From Marsupella aquatica (lineage: Eukaryota; Plantae; Marchantiophyta), in the NCBI GenBank assembly GCA_973895155.1, contig OZ316891.1, positions 24,737,899 through 24,801,898 on the forward strand: a DNA stretch of 64,000 nucleotides. Direction: 5' to 3'. A program made the position numbers and the translations under genes. Below the pieces are notes generated by a model. The model saw only the letters and a program-made list of their open reading frames with translations, was not told the origin of the DNA and made no database searches. Positions within the stretch are counted from its first letter, which is position 1, and every line of letters starts with the position of its first letter. This document shows, piece by piece, positions 54,691 through 64,000 of the stretch.

Positions 54691-55073
54691 CGCGTGACTT
54701 GTTAGCTCCGTAAGCTCAGTGAGAATCGTGTTCCATAGTGAACTAGGGCGAAGCGCGACTGCTTACTCCTCAGCGTCCCGTTGAGCTGTCGCAATCCGCC
54801 ATTGTACAAGATGCCTAGTCATCGGCTCACAGCGTCTCATGCAACTGAACTAATACAAAAGCGGACCTCTGCACAACGTCCTTTGTAAACTAAGTGGACG
54901 CTTCCCCAGCGTCGAGTTACAATGGACGCTTTTCACAGCGTCCAATGTAAAAACTGAAAGTAACTAAAAAAAATTAAAAAAATATGCCGAATACTTACTA
55001 GGGAGGGTCACTAATTCTAACTAAGTATAACTACCGCCCTCCACTTAAATTGCAACCTGTCCCAGGTGGAATT

Positions 55074-58046
55074 CTAAATGGAAGACTCATAGTACCGTTT
55101 AATCCTAAACCCATTGATTCTAGTGTTAAGTGGGTGACCATCTAAGGTAGTCAATGAAACTGAACCATTATCCCAGATGTGTGTAACTCGGTAAGGACCA
55201 ATCCAATGAGTATGAAGTTTCCCAGGAAATAGCATATAACGAGAATCAAAGACTAATGCTAAATCACCAACATCTAACTGCACTACGCGCAGCTTCTTAT
55301 CATAAGCAAGTTTACGCTGGTTCTGAATGGTGACTGTATGGTCTAATGCTAAAAGTCTAACTTCTTCTAATTTAACAATATTGGAAAACCGATGTGAGAG
55401 ACTATCTGAAGGAGAGAGTCGGTGTGGTACCAAGATACGTTCCGTTGGTAACGAAAATTCTATTGGAATAATACTATTCAGGCCATAGGTCAGATAGAAG
55501 GGGGTGTGAAGAGTTGTAATCTTCTCAGCGGTGCGGTAAGCCCATAATGCAGAATGGAGCTTCACATCCCAATCTGTCTTGTGAGATTCTACCATTTTAT
55601 TCAGAATCTTGCCCATAATGCCATTAGCTCTCTCGGTTAAGCCATTAGCTCGGGGGTTGTAAGGAGTAGTTTTGCGATGCTTGATAAGATAAAGGTCAGT
55701 GATTAACTCAATAGTTGAGTTAAGAAAATGCAAACCCCTATCGCTTACCAACTCCAAAGGACAACCAAACCGGGTGATAATGTGCTCAAAGAGAAATGCA
55801 GCTGCGGTTATAGCATCATTCTTGCGAGTAGCTTTCGCCTCTACCCATTTGGTGGCATAATCAGTGGCCAGAATAATATATTTGCTTCGGCTTTTCCGAG
55901 CTGCTGGAGAAATTGGGCCAATAAAATCAATCCCCCATTTCTCAAATGGTGCCAACGGAAGGATAGGCGTAAGAGGCCATTTGGAACTAGCAGTGGGCTT
56001 CCCGATCCTTTGACAGGGATCACAGGTCTTAATAAAATTGTAAGTATCTCGATGCATAGTAGGCCACCAGTATCCAGCATCCAAAATTTTCTTAACTGTG
56101 GTATTCACTGCATGATGCCCACCGGTTTCTCCTGAATGTAAAGCTTCAATTACTTGGGGAAGTTCCCTATCCTCTAGACAACGTCGCAATTGTTGATCAG
56201 GACCTTGTTTAAACAAAGTGCCCCGAATAATGGTATAGGGACCCACCTTATGAGCAAAGACAGCTCGTTCTTCCGCATTAAAGCCTTCAGGGAACGTTCC
56301 ATGAAGCAGCATGTGCACAATATTAAAATATCGAGAAGACTCCCCTTCAATGTGCCACAAATGCTCGTCAGGAAATTCATCGGAGAGATTATGCTGATTC
56401 TCCGGACCAGGTAACCGAGATAGGAAGTCTGCATTCTCATGATGTTTGCCAGGTCGGACATGAACTTCATAATCAAATTCTTGGAGTAGTAAAACCCAGC
56501 GGGCTACTCGTCCTGAGAGATCCACTTGGTTAACCAAATATTTTAAGGAATTATGATCAGTGTGAAAAGTAACCTGATACCCCAACAAATAGTGACGAAA
56601 TTTCTTACACGCAAAGACGATGGCCAAAGCTTCCCGTTCAGTGACGGAGTAGTTTTTCTCGGCTGCACTCATTTGGCGGCTGGCATAGTAAATTGGATGG
56701 TCACGGTTTTCCACATCCTTCTGACTGAGATTAGCTCCAATGCAGAACGCAGAAGAGTCAATGAAGACATGAAACTTCTTAGTCCAATCTGGGGGTGACA
56801 AAATAGGTGCAGAGATTAACCGATCCTTGAGCAACTGGAATGCTTGCTGCCGCTCCTCATTCCATGTATATTCCACATCACTTTTTAACAGTTGGGTTAA
56901 GGGTAAGGCAATATTAGCATGTTTATAAATGAACCGACGATAATACCCCACATGTCCCAGAAAAGCACGAAGCTGCTTTAAATCGGTCGGTGGTTGCAAC
57001 TCCATAATTACTCTAACCTTCTCTGTATCAACCTCAATGCCGCGTTGTGAAATAACATGGCCTAACAAAATTCCCTCCTTCATACCAATAAAGCACTTTT
57101 CTGGATGAAGACACAACTGAGCCTCTCTACACTTCTGAAATGTCTTCTCCAAATGGACGAGGTGTTCAGCCGCTGACCCGTAAACACAAAAGTCGTCAAT
57201 AAAAATCTCCATGAAATGCCGCAAATATTCTTGAAAAATAATCATCATAATGCGCTGAAAAGTACCCGGGGCATTACACAGCCCAAAAGGCATCATGGTA
57301 AATGCATATGTACCCCAGTCGGTGGTGAACGTAGTCTTGTCGCGATCCTCCTTCCGAATGGACACCTGGTTATAACCAGAGTACCCATCTAAAAAACTGT
57401 ATAACTCATGCAAGGCCACTGAATCAAGTACCAGATCAATAAATGGCAAAGGATAATGATCTTTCCGAGTGGCAGCATTCAACTTCCGGAAGTCTTGACA
57501 AACGCGAATTTTCGTTTTACCATCGGGTCCCGGCTTTTTGGGGACAATGACAATTGGTGAGACCCATTCACTACTCAAGACCGGGTAGATAAATCCAGCA
57601 GTCGTGAGCTTGTCCAACTCGTCTTTAACCAGGATGGAATATTTGGGATTCAAACGGTACTGTCTCTGTCGGACAGGTACTGCTCCTTCCATAAGGTCAA
57701 TACGATGTTCGCCCAAATGTGGATGGATACCTTTTAAATCAGAATGACTCCAGGCAAAGACATCTTTATACTGGGTTAATAAACTGATATACTGTTCCCG
57801 TAGCTCTCCTTCGATATGCTTACCAATATTCAAAAACTTGCCTGGCTCAATTTCGATTTTCTGACAAGCTTTTGGATCCACAATTCCATCCGTGAGGTTT
57901 GCCGGCTGAAGTCCAAGTTTGGATACTTCTGGTGCAAATGGCTCAAGGGTAGCTGACACTCCCATATCATGGTGTAAATCCCTATTAGCCTCAGTATTAG
58001 GAGGTTCGTCTGCTGCTGGGCCCACTTCCGATGATGAAGTTAATTG
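55074..58046 (-). CDS. pol: E Pol (RT-RNase H-integrase), in frame with gag-PR after a single TGA
   Basis: CQDFRKLN, LDGYSGYNQ, FIDDF, DSS...EREALA...TDH, WGIDFIGP, SDRGLHF; intact. Confidence 0.95.
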   Translation of the reverse strand, partial: QLTSSSEVGPAADEPPNTEANRDLHHDMGVSATLEPFAPEVSKLGLQPANLTDGIVDPKACQKIEIEPGKFLNIGKHIEGELREQYISLLTQYKDVFAWSHSDLKGIHPHLGEHRIDLMEGAVPVRQRQYRLNPKYSILVKDELDKLTTAGFIYPVLSSEWVSPIVIVPKKPGPDGKTKIRVCQDFRKLNAATRKDHYPLPFIDLVLDSVALHELYSFLDGYSGYNQVSIRKEDRDKTTFTTDWGTYAFTMMPFGLCNAPGTFQRIMMIIFQEYLRHFMEIFIDDFCVYGSAAEHLVHLEKTFQKCREAQLCLHPEKCFIGMKEGILLGHVISQRGIEVDTEKVRVIMELQPPTDLKQLRAFLGHVGYYRRFIYKHANIALPLTQLLKSDVEYTWNEERQQAFQLLKDRLISAPILSPPDWTKKFHVFIDSSAFCIGANLSQKDVENRDHPIYYASRQMSAAEKNYSVTEREALAIVFACKKFRHYLLGYQVTFHTDHNSLKYLVNQVDLSGRVARWVLLLQEFDYEVHVRPGKHHENADFLSRLPGPENQHNLSDEFPDEHLWHIEGESSRYFNIVHMLLHGTFPEGFNAEERAVFAHKVGPYTIIRGTLFKQGPDQQLRRCLEDRELPQVIEALHSGETGGHHAVNTTVKKILDAGYWWPTMHRDTYNFIKTCDPCQRIGKPTASSKWPLTPILPLAPFEKWGIDFIGPISPAARKSRSKYIILATDYATKWVEAKATRKNDAITAAAFLFEHIITRFGCPLELVSDRGLHFLNSTIELITDLYLIKHRKTTPYNPRANGLTERANGIMGKILNKMVESHKTDWDVKLHSALWAYRTAEKITTLHTPFYLTYGLNSIIPIEFSLPTERILVPHRLSPSDSLSHRFSNIVKLEEVRLLALDHTVTIQNQRKLAYDKKLRVVQLDVGDLALVFDSRYMLFPGKLHTHWIGPYRVTHIWDNGSVSLTTLDGHPLNTRINGFRIKRYYESSI

Positions 58047-61000
58047 TCAGGAGGGCCTAGTTGGTTTTATGGGAGCATCAGACAGATAAACTTCCAAGTA
58101 ACGAACTTCCTCCAGTTCAAATTCCAATGGCTGCAGGACTAGCGAAGAGGTCGAAAAATCCGAGGTGTACCCATCATCTGTTTGTGTTTCTCCAAAATGT
58201 GGTTCCGGAACCCAACTAACAGTCACCTTAGGCTTCCCAAATGAAAGCTCTTGAGATTGCCAATTAACCTGAACTTGAGCCTTATACAACCATGGTCGGC
58301 CTAACAAAACAGGAAAGCTGGATGGTATTTCCGGATTAATAACCACATAATCCAACAGAAAAGGGACACCAGCAATCAAAGTTTCTACTCTGGTCAGCTT
58401 CCCTATGGGTACCACACGAGACTGATCCGCCATGCGCAAAATCTTGGGAGTGGGCTCAAACTTAGTGAAACCCAAATTAAATGCTGCTGACTGTGTAATC
58501 AGATTAACGCTGGCTCCTCCATCCACAGGAACTCTCCGAATGACACACCCCTGGATTTGAACCTCAATTTCCATCGGTCCTTTGTCCTCCCACTCTGTTC
58601 GTAGCACATCCACCGAAGGTAACTTCTTCTTCCTCCGTTTTCCTGCAAGGAGGCTCCTCAGCTGTCGCCTATAAACCGGATTGTCCTGTAATAATTCCCC
58701 AATGGTGATATGTGCAGGATGATTCTTGACATCTTCAACAATATCATAACCTGGATTTTTCAGTGGCTTTTTAGCTTTGACTACTACTGGTGGGTTAGGA
58801 GATTGCACTTGCTCCTTAACTAGCTCTTCCAGATGGTCTTTCACTTCCAAAGAGATGTCGGGCAAGAAGTATTTTGGGTCATATCGGTCATAAGCAGGGT
58901 CGTCTTCTTTGTCGAGGCCTTCCTTACATGGCTTGCGCCCTTCATCCTTGGGAGCTTTCGCGACCTTCTGATGCTCGTGCTTCTTGGTCTCCTTTTTCTT
59001 CGAACGAGTAGTTGCGTAAATATTAGTCAGAACTTTATCCCGATTCTGAACTCGATCATTCGGCATACCAACTACTTCAGGTTTCACTAAATGACTTACC
59101 AAGACATCAGGCACCACCCCGGATATTGGTTGATGAAAAAGTGAATCTGGCTTTAATTCCACCCGATTTACATCCATATGTTGAATGAAGCTGCATTGCT
59201 CCATCTCTTCAGAATAAACCATCCGAATCTTGGCTTCAGGTCGACTTGCTTCTTTAACTGGCTCTTGAGCAAATCGAACCATCAGCCTAGGCTTAGCCGG
59301 ATTCGGGCATTCCACCGGTAAGTGTCCTTCTTTTCCACAGTTCCCACAGACAGGTGTATACCCCACCTCCTGTTTGGGATAAGGGCACTGGGGTGAATAA
59401 TGATCAGGTTGGCCACAATTCCAACAAGCCCCTTTTTGACGCGGCATTCCTCGTGGTGGGTATCCTCCCGGGGGTCCCATGGGTGGTCTTGACGTTGGTT
59501 TATTGAAAGTGGGCTTAGGTGGTCCCCAAGTCGGTCTGGAAGCAGGAGGTGGTGGGAAATACTGTCCAGGGGGTGCTGTTTGGACGGTATACGTGGGATC
59601 GTACTCATACTCCTCAGCCTCTTCTTGACCATCTACATAATTCACCGGGGTTCGTAATGTGGGGCACTCGTTCGGGTAATGGCCCTGCTGACTGCATCGG
59701 GTGCACCATACGTTCATTCTCATGGGAGCAGGCAACCTTCGTACTGGTTTTACCGCGGCGATATTGACATTCAACTTGGACAATTGGCCAGAGAGTTCTT
59801 CCATCATGCGATCCATCTTCTTCTGGTTGGGAACTTTATTATTCCCTTTTACAGAGGATTTCTTCTTTTTAGGAGCAACGGATTCTGAGTCGGAACTTGA
59901 GCTTGAACTATCACTAGTGCTCGAATTTGTACTCTCGTCCTCCTCACTAGTGCTACTTCCACTTGATTCCGTCTCCGAGTCAGATTTAGACCTGGACGTT
60001 TTCTTCTTCTTTCTTTTGTCTTTCTTCAGGTCCTTCTTAACTCGTTTTCTCTCTGAAATCTCCGAGTCTACGTACTTCTGGGCTGCCTCTTGTACTTCTT
60101 CCAAAGTGGTGCCACCTTCTCGTCTCACGTAACGAGCAATCCTGGAGGGTAAACCGTTAATAAACCAGTCCTTGATAGTAGATTTCGAGGTAGCTGGATT
60201 ATATTGATCTACCAAATCCAATAATTTGTCGGCATATTTCCTCACAGACCCATGTTTCTTCATGTGCAGATGTGAGATTCGGGCAAAGGCACGCGCAGCT
60301 GCTCCTTCTTCTTTATATTTGGCCAAGAAAGCAGCCTTCAATTTCCCCCAATCCTGCTTGTCCGGAAAACGGTCATACCATTTCTGAGCACCCTTTTTCA
60401 TTAGACCACCAAACAGATTGGCTTTTTCAGCGTCTTGACTCTGTCCATTGGATGCAGCTGCAGCTTCAAATTCTTTCAAATACACCTCTGCATCCTCCTT
60501 GGAAGTACCGAAGAACCGGTCGTACCTCACATTATTTCGAGCCATCGTGGTTGGAGCTAGGAGGGTAACGAAAGGAAGAGCTGATCGGGTAGCAAATGGG
60601 TTTGGGCTGCCCAAGCCTGAACTGCTGCTTGTCTCACTAGAAGACGAACCACCGGCTTCACTCAGTGGTTCTGGATTATCCAATTGTGAAAGATCGACAG
60701 AATTATCTTGGGCCAGCGATTCTGCAACTGTATTCTCGGGCAAACCCAAATTTCTTCCTTCGGTATGAGATAAGGCCCTCTCAGTGGTACTATCCACACC
60801 AGAGTCAATTTGGTTCACCGAACGTACTGTCTGCTGGCGGAGCTTGGTCTTTTGAGAACCAATAAGTTTTGGACCTGAACGAAGATTTACAAACAGGGGT
60901 CGGGTCGACGTGGGCCTTTCCAAAGAGCCACTTGCCTCTTGAATAGATCCCACTTGTTTCCACACACTACCCGGTGCAGGTGCTCCTGGTGACTGGAATT

Positions 61001-61100
61001 CGGGTAACAATGTGCGAGGGGTCACTACTAATTTTGCAGCATCCGAATTACTGGAGGTCTTGGTAGGTTTTCTTTTATTCGGTGGATCTCCCTCAGACAT
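58047..61100 (-). CDS. gag: E Gag-protease (three CCHC knuckles, VPVDGGAS protease)
   Basis: FFGTSKEDAEVYLKEFE capsid; CTRCSQQGHYPNEC, CWNCGQPDHYSPQC, CGNCGKEGHLPVEC; LLGRPWL. Confidence 0.93.
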   Translation of the reverse strand: MSEGDPPNKRKPTKTSSNSDAAKLVVTPRTLLPEFQSPGAPAPGSVWKQVGSIQEASGSLERPTSTRPLFVNLRSGPKLIGSQKTKLRQQTVRSVNQIDSGVDSTTERALSHTEGRNLGLPENTVAESLAQDNSVDLSQLDNPEPLSEAGGSSSSETSSSSGLGSPNPFATRSALPFVTLLAPTTMARNNVRYDRFFGTSKEDAEVYLKEFEAAAASNGQSQDAEKANLFGGLMKKGAQKWYDRFPDKQDWGKLKAAFLAKYKEEGAAARAFARISHLHMKKHGSVRKYADKLLDLVDQYNPATSKSTIKDWFINGLPSRIARYVRREGGTTLEEVQEAAQKYVDSEISERKRVKKDLKKDKRKKKKTSRSKSDSETESSGSSTSEEDESTNSSTSDSSSSSSDSESVAPKKKKSSVKGNNKVPNQKKMDRMMEELSGQLSKLNVNIAAVKPVRRLPAPMRMNVWCTRCSQQGHYPNECPTLRTPVNYVDGQEEAEEYEYDPTYTVQTAPPGQYFPPPPASRPTWGPPKPTFNKPTSRPPMGPPGGYPPRGMPRQKGACWNCGQPDHYSPQCPYPKQEVGYTPVCGNCGKEGHLPVECPNPAKPRLMVRFAQEPVKEASRPEAKIRMVYSEEMEQCSFIQHMDVNRVELKPDSLFHQPISGVVPDVLVSHLVKPEVVGMPNDRVQNRDKVLTNIYATTRSKKKETKKHEHQKVAKAPKDEGRKPCKEGLDKEDDPAYDRYDPKYFLPDISLEVKDHLEELVKEQVQSPNPPVVVKAKKPLKNPGYDIVEDVKNHPAHITIGELLQDNPVYRRQLRSLLAGKRRKKKLPSVDVLRTEWEDKGPMEIEVQIQGCVIRRVPVDGGASVNLITQSAAFNLGFTKFEPTPKILRMADQSRVVPIGKLTRVETLIAGVPFLLDYVVINPEIPSSFPVLLGRPWLYKAQVQVNWQSQELSFGKPKVTVSWVPEPHFGETQTDDGYTSDFSTSSLVLQPLEFELEEVRYLEVYLSDAPIKPTRPS

Positions 61101-62294
61101 CCCTCATTCTCCAAGCACGGGTGATTTTGAGACACCAGACCCGCTCCTCAGGAGTCTTTATGCAAGGAGTCACCATTTAGGTGCGACGTTATCACCCCAC
61201 TCCGGGAGATATGAACCTGCTTCCTCAAAGTGACTTCCCGTAGCGTCGTTCAACATCCCTTGCATGATTCCTCCCCCTTGCTATCCCGTAGCTAATACTT
61301 CCCTTCAGTGACCAGCCGAGATTCTAAAACCTCGTTTTCTCTGGTGCGTCCTTCAGGTTGAGACGCGGAAAGGCACACCAGAAGCGTCGCGCACGTTGGT
61401 TCGTCACAGATTCCACCGGACGCTGCTCACAGCGTCCACTGGGATCGGACGCTACTCGAAGCGTCCTGACTTGCGGAATCTTCTGGGACGAATCGCATTG
61501 GACGCTCTTCGCGGCGTCCTTCCTTATCTCCTTTACGGTGGCGATTACTGGAACCGGGCGTTCCCCATAATCTCCGACTTCCTTCACCCTGAAATTTCTT
61601 TACCACATGGTACGCTACACTAGGCCATCCTACTAATCAGACGTCTAACTCCTTCCTAATCTTCTACGCAATTCCTGGTGCATGATTCTTTCCGCTAACT
61701 CCCGAATGGAAATGACTAAATATCACTCCTGTGTGATCCTACCATTCAGCCTTAATATTACTAAATGCAAACTTTCATCTTCCCACCAGGTGATAGTTAA
61801 CCAATGTATGCCATTCCTCCCTCTCAGGCTCAGAACCCAAGAATTAACATAACGATTCCTCAAATTCCTAATTCTTAATGTTCCCAAAGATCGGATAGGT
61901 GGCATCGGTCACACGAACCAGGATGGTTGGACAATTTTACAAATCATACGTCCCGAGCAACGTTAGAATAACTTCACTTGTCACTCAAAGTGTCTTTGGT
62001 GTCTTCGACTATCTCCAAAGCAACTTGACGAGCAACAGCTCCTCTCTGTGAGGCCTTTTCTGGTGGGAGGGCGGTTTCTTCTCTTAAGTTTGGCACCACA
62101 AATTTTTCCAATACTCTTAAGAGAGCTTCCGGGGCGCTTTGGATAGAGTACGGCATCACCTCGAAATGGAAGCTCTTCATCTTTTTAACTGGAGTGATGA
62201 CGCATCTTCACAATTATAGTAGAACGTGAATTCCTCTCCCGTCTAGCTCCTTCTGGCATACACTGCCTGTACGTCAATTCAATCTTAAATTCGT

Positions 62295-62312
62295 TCCCCG
62301 GCAGCGGCGCCA
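62295..62312 (-). other. PBS of element E, tRNA-Asp type
   Basis: Minus strand TGGCGCCGCTGCCGGGGA, 6 nt from the LTR; one mismatch to the Athila-type TGGCGCCGTTGCCGGGGA. Confidence 0.85.
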
Positions 62313-62318
62313 AAAAGA

Positions 62319-63676
62319 TGTCGTATAGTGCTAAGTATCAAAAGTGACTCTCCTCACCTAAAACCAGGGTTTCGATCCCTTTAAGAACAGATTTCAGAAT
62401 GAATTGTATAACTTTTATCACTCCGAGTGATTTAGAGTCTTGAGCTCTATGTTGACTTCACTTCTCAATAAAAAAATCGAATAAACAAACAACAAAGTAA
62501 CTGAACTTCTGATTTATGAATTAGAGAAGAAATGAGTAAGGATTTAGAGACTACAAGCTACTGCCACTCCTTCAGAAAGGATTTGGGCTCAGTATAGACA
62601 TGAAATCTATCTCATAATTCATCCATCTCACTCTTCAAAACACAAAGGTTAATGATAATGGAATTCTCAATCTGATGAAGCAGAAGCTTTCTGATTGCAA
62701 ATGAATGATATGATTTAAAATGCCGTCAACATGGTTTGACATCAGCGATACGCAATTCAGTCAAACTCTAAACCATATTCCAGAATCAAAGCAACAGTAC
62801 TAACTACTCTGAGAATCAGAATTTACTTCTCATTTATCATTAACTATTCTTGAATTGGCTAGCGAATCCCGACTCTGCAAGCAAGCCTAGCAGTGAATTC
62901 AATACGAGTTTCAAAAATCTGCAACTGAATTCAATCACCACAGGAATCTCTTGAATTCAATCTTAACTTCAATCAATATAGCTTTACTTCCATACAAAAC
63001 ACTCACAGCATGCCTTGTTACAATGGAAGGAGGAGAAAACTATTCAGAAGACTCAATTCTGAATACAGTATTAACTCTATTTCTCTCTACTTCAAATGAG
63101 CATTCTACTCTGTCTTATAAGTGCTGGAATCCTAAAATGGAGGAGGTAAGAACAGTCGTGCCTTTCCAAGCTTAAAACTAAACAAGGGAGAAGCACAGCA
63201 TAAGTACTTCAACAAGGGTGGTAGAATACTACTTTACTAGTAATCTACTTCAAAAACTAAGTGTTGAGCGGACGCTGCTAGAAGCGTCTTAAGTAAAACC
63301 AACGGACGCTGCTCACACTGCTCACAGCGTCAATACTAGGGTGGACGCTGCTCACAGCGTCGTGTGTTGAAGCTGACGCTTTCCACAGCGTCGGTCGAAA
63401 TCCTCATAGAGTCTTGGTGGCGGTCGGGCACTGCCAAAAGCGTCATGAGGAGGTTGGACGCTTCCGCAGCGTCTTGAGTAAAAGAAACGGGCGCTGGTCA
63501 CAGCGTCGGGCAAAGTACACTAGGAATCGTCAGGAAAGCCGGAGATGTCAAATATTTCTATAAGTGTCCAGAACAAGTAAATGTTGGCCGGAAGGTGTCT
63601 AAAGTGTAAGTAAATCTTGTGATATGCTAAAAATAAACAAGTTTCCAGAAAAAATTGCAGGGACACCCATACCACA
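62319..63676 (-). repeat. Element E 5' LTR (1358 bp)
   Basis: Direct repeat of 50193-51550. Confidence 0.97.
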
Positions 63677-63681
63677 ACGAA

Positions 63682-64000
63682 CCCTTCCCCGCATCAACGT
63701 TACAAAGTTGGTCCCAGCTAGGTGGGTTTTTCCGGCATTGGAGAGACGGCCCCAACCCGAGGCCCGAAGTCCAGTGGACACGCCAGCTTCACCCACCCCA
63801 CCTCCTCAAATAGCTATAATCGTAACCGAGGAGGCACCGGAGGGGTCGGTCGTCGCAACCGTTGATGCGACCCAACTAGCCGGGCTAAGTACAGAAGTTG
63901 GTACGGCAGAGGTCTTACCCAAACCCGGGTCTCCTAAGGACCCGCCGGTGGCAATTCCGGAGAACCGGACATCGCTGCAGGAGGATACTCTGGCCCCTTC
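63682..64000 (+). repeat. Element D 3' LTR resumes after E
   Basis: CCCTTCCCCGCATCAACG... matches the 5' LTR from ~40098. Confidence 0.95.

Larger units (their letters stand above)
50193..63676 (-). mobile_element. Element E: full-length, very young Athila-like Ty3/gypsy element with 1358-bp LTRs and a 3' accessory ORF region
   Basis: TSD ACGAA at 50188-92 and 63677-81; only two LTR differences seen by eye; tRNA-Asp-type PBS; gag, pol and extra ORFs on the minus strand. Confidence 0.97.
38110..64000 (+). mobile_element. Element D: Ty3/gypsy LTR retrotransposon with ~4.0-kb ORF-containing LTRs; 3' LTR interrupted by E and runs off the window
   Basis: 38110 TGTGATGCCGCC is repeated at 48205; PBS at 42130; gag-pol; PPT 48190-48204; left TSD candidate GTCTC (38105-38109). 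Confidence 0.93.

Overview
Eukaryotic (probably seed-free plant, by inference) repeat DNA: a nested stack of five Ty3/gypsy non-chromovirus LTR retrotransposons plus a 2.5-kb non-LTR island. Element A (993-21011, +, three LTR copies, TSD GGCGT) sits in the 5' LTR of element B (<1-32409, +). B sits in the integrase of an antisense, truncated A-family relic C (32410-35632). An island at 35633-38109 carries a Ulp1/C48 SUMO-protease ORF and a degenerate amino-methyltransferase-like ORF. Element D (38110->64000, +) has a very young antisense element E (50193-63676, TSD ACGAA) inserted in its 3' LTR. Main observation: families A, B and D have giant 3.8-4.6 kb LTRs that each contain a complete ~830-1200-codon sense ORF (shared globular domain, NLS-like basic patch, coiled coil), so the accessory gene is part of the LTR. 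E has 1.36-kb LTRs and carries a homolog of that domain internally, between two copies of its PPT and behind a palindromic GACGCT-N5/6-AGCGTC motif array also found in its LTR and 5' UTR, which suggests how the gene entered or left the LTR. The related families use three strategies to express RT-RH-INT after gag-PR: a -1 frameshift (G GAU UUU plus pseudoknot) in A/C, a readthrough signal (UGA CAA UUA) in E, and a single ORF in B/D. All calls come from reading the sequence by eye; no database searches were run.
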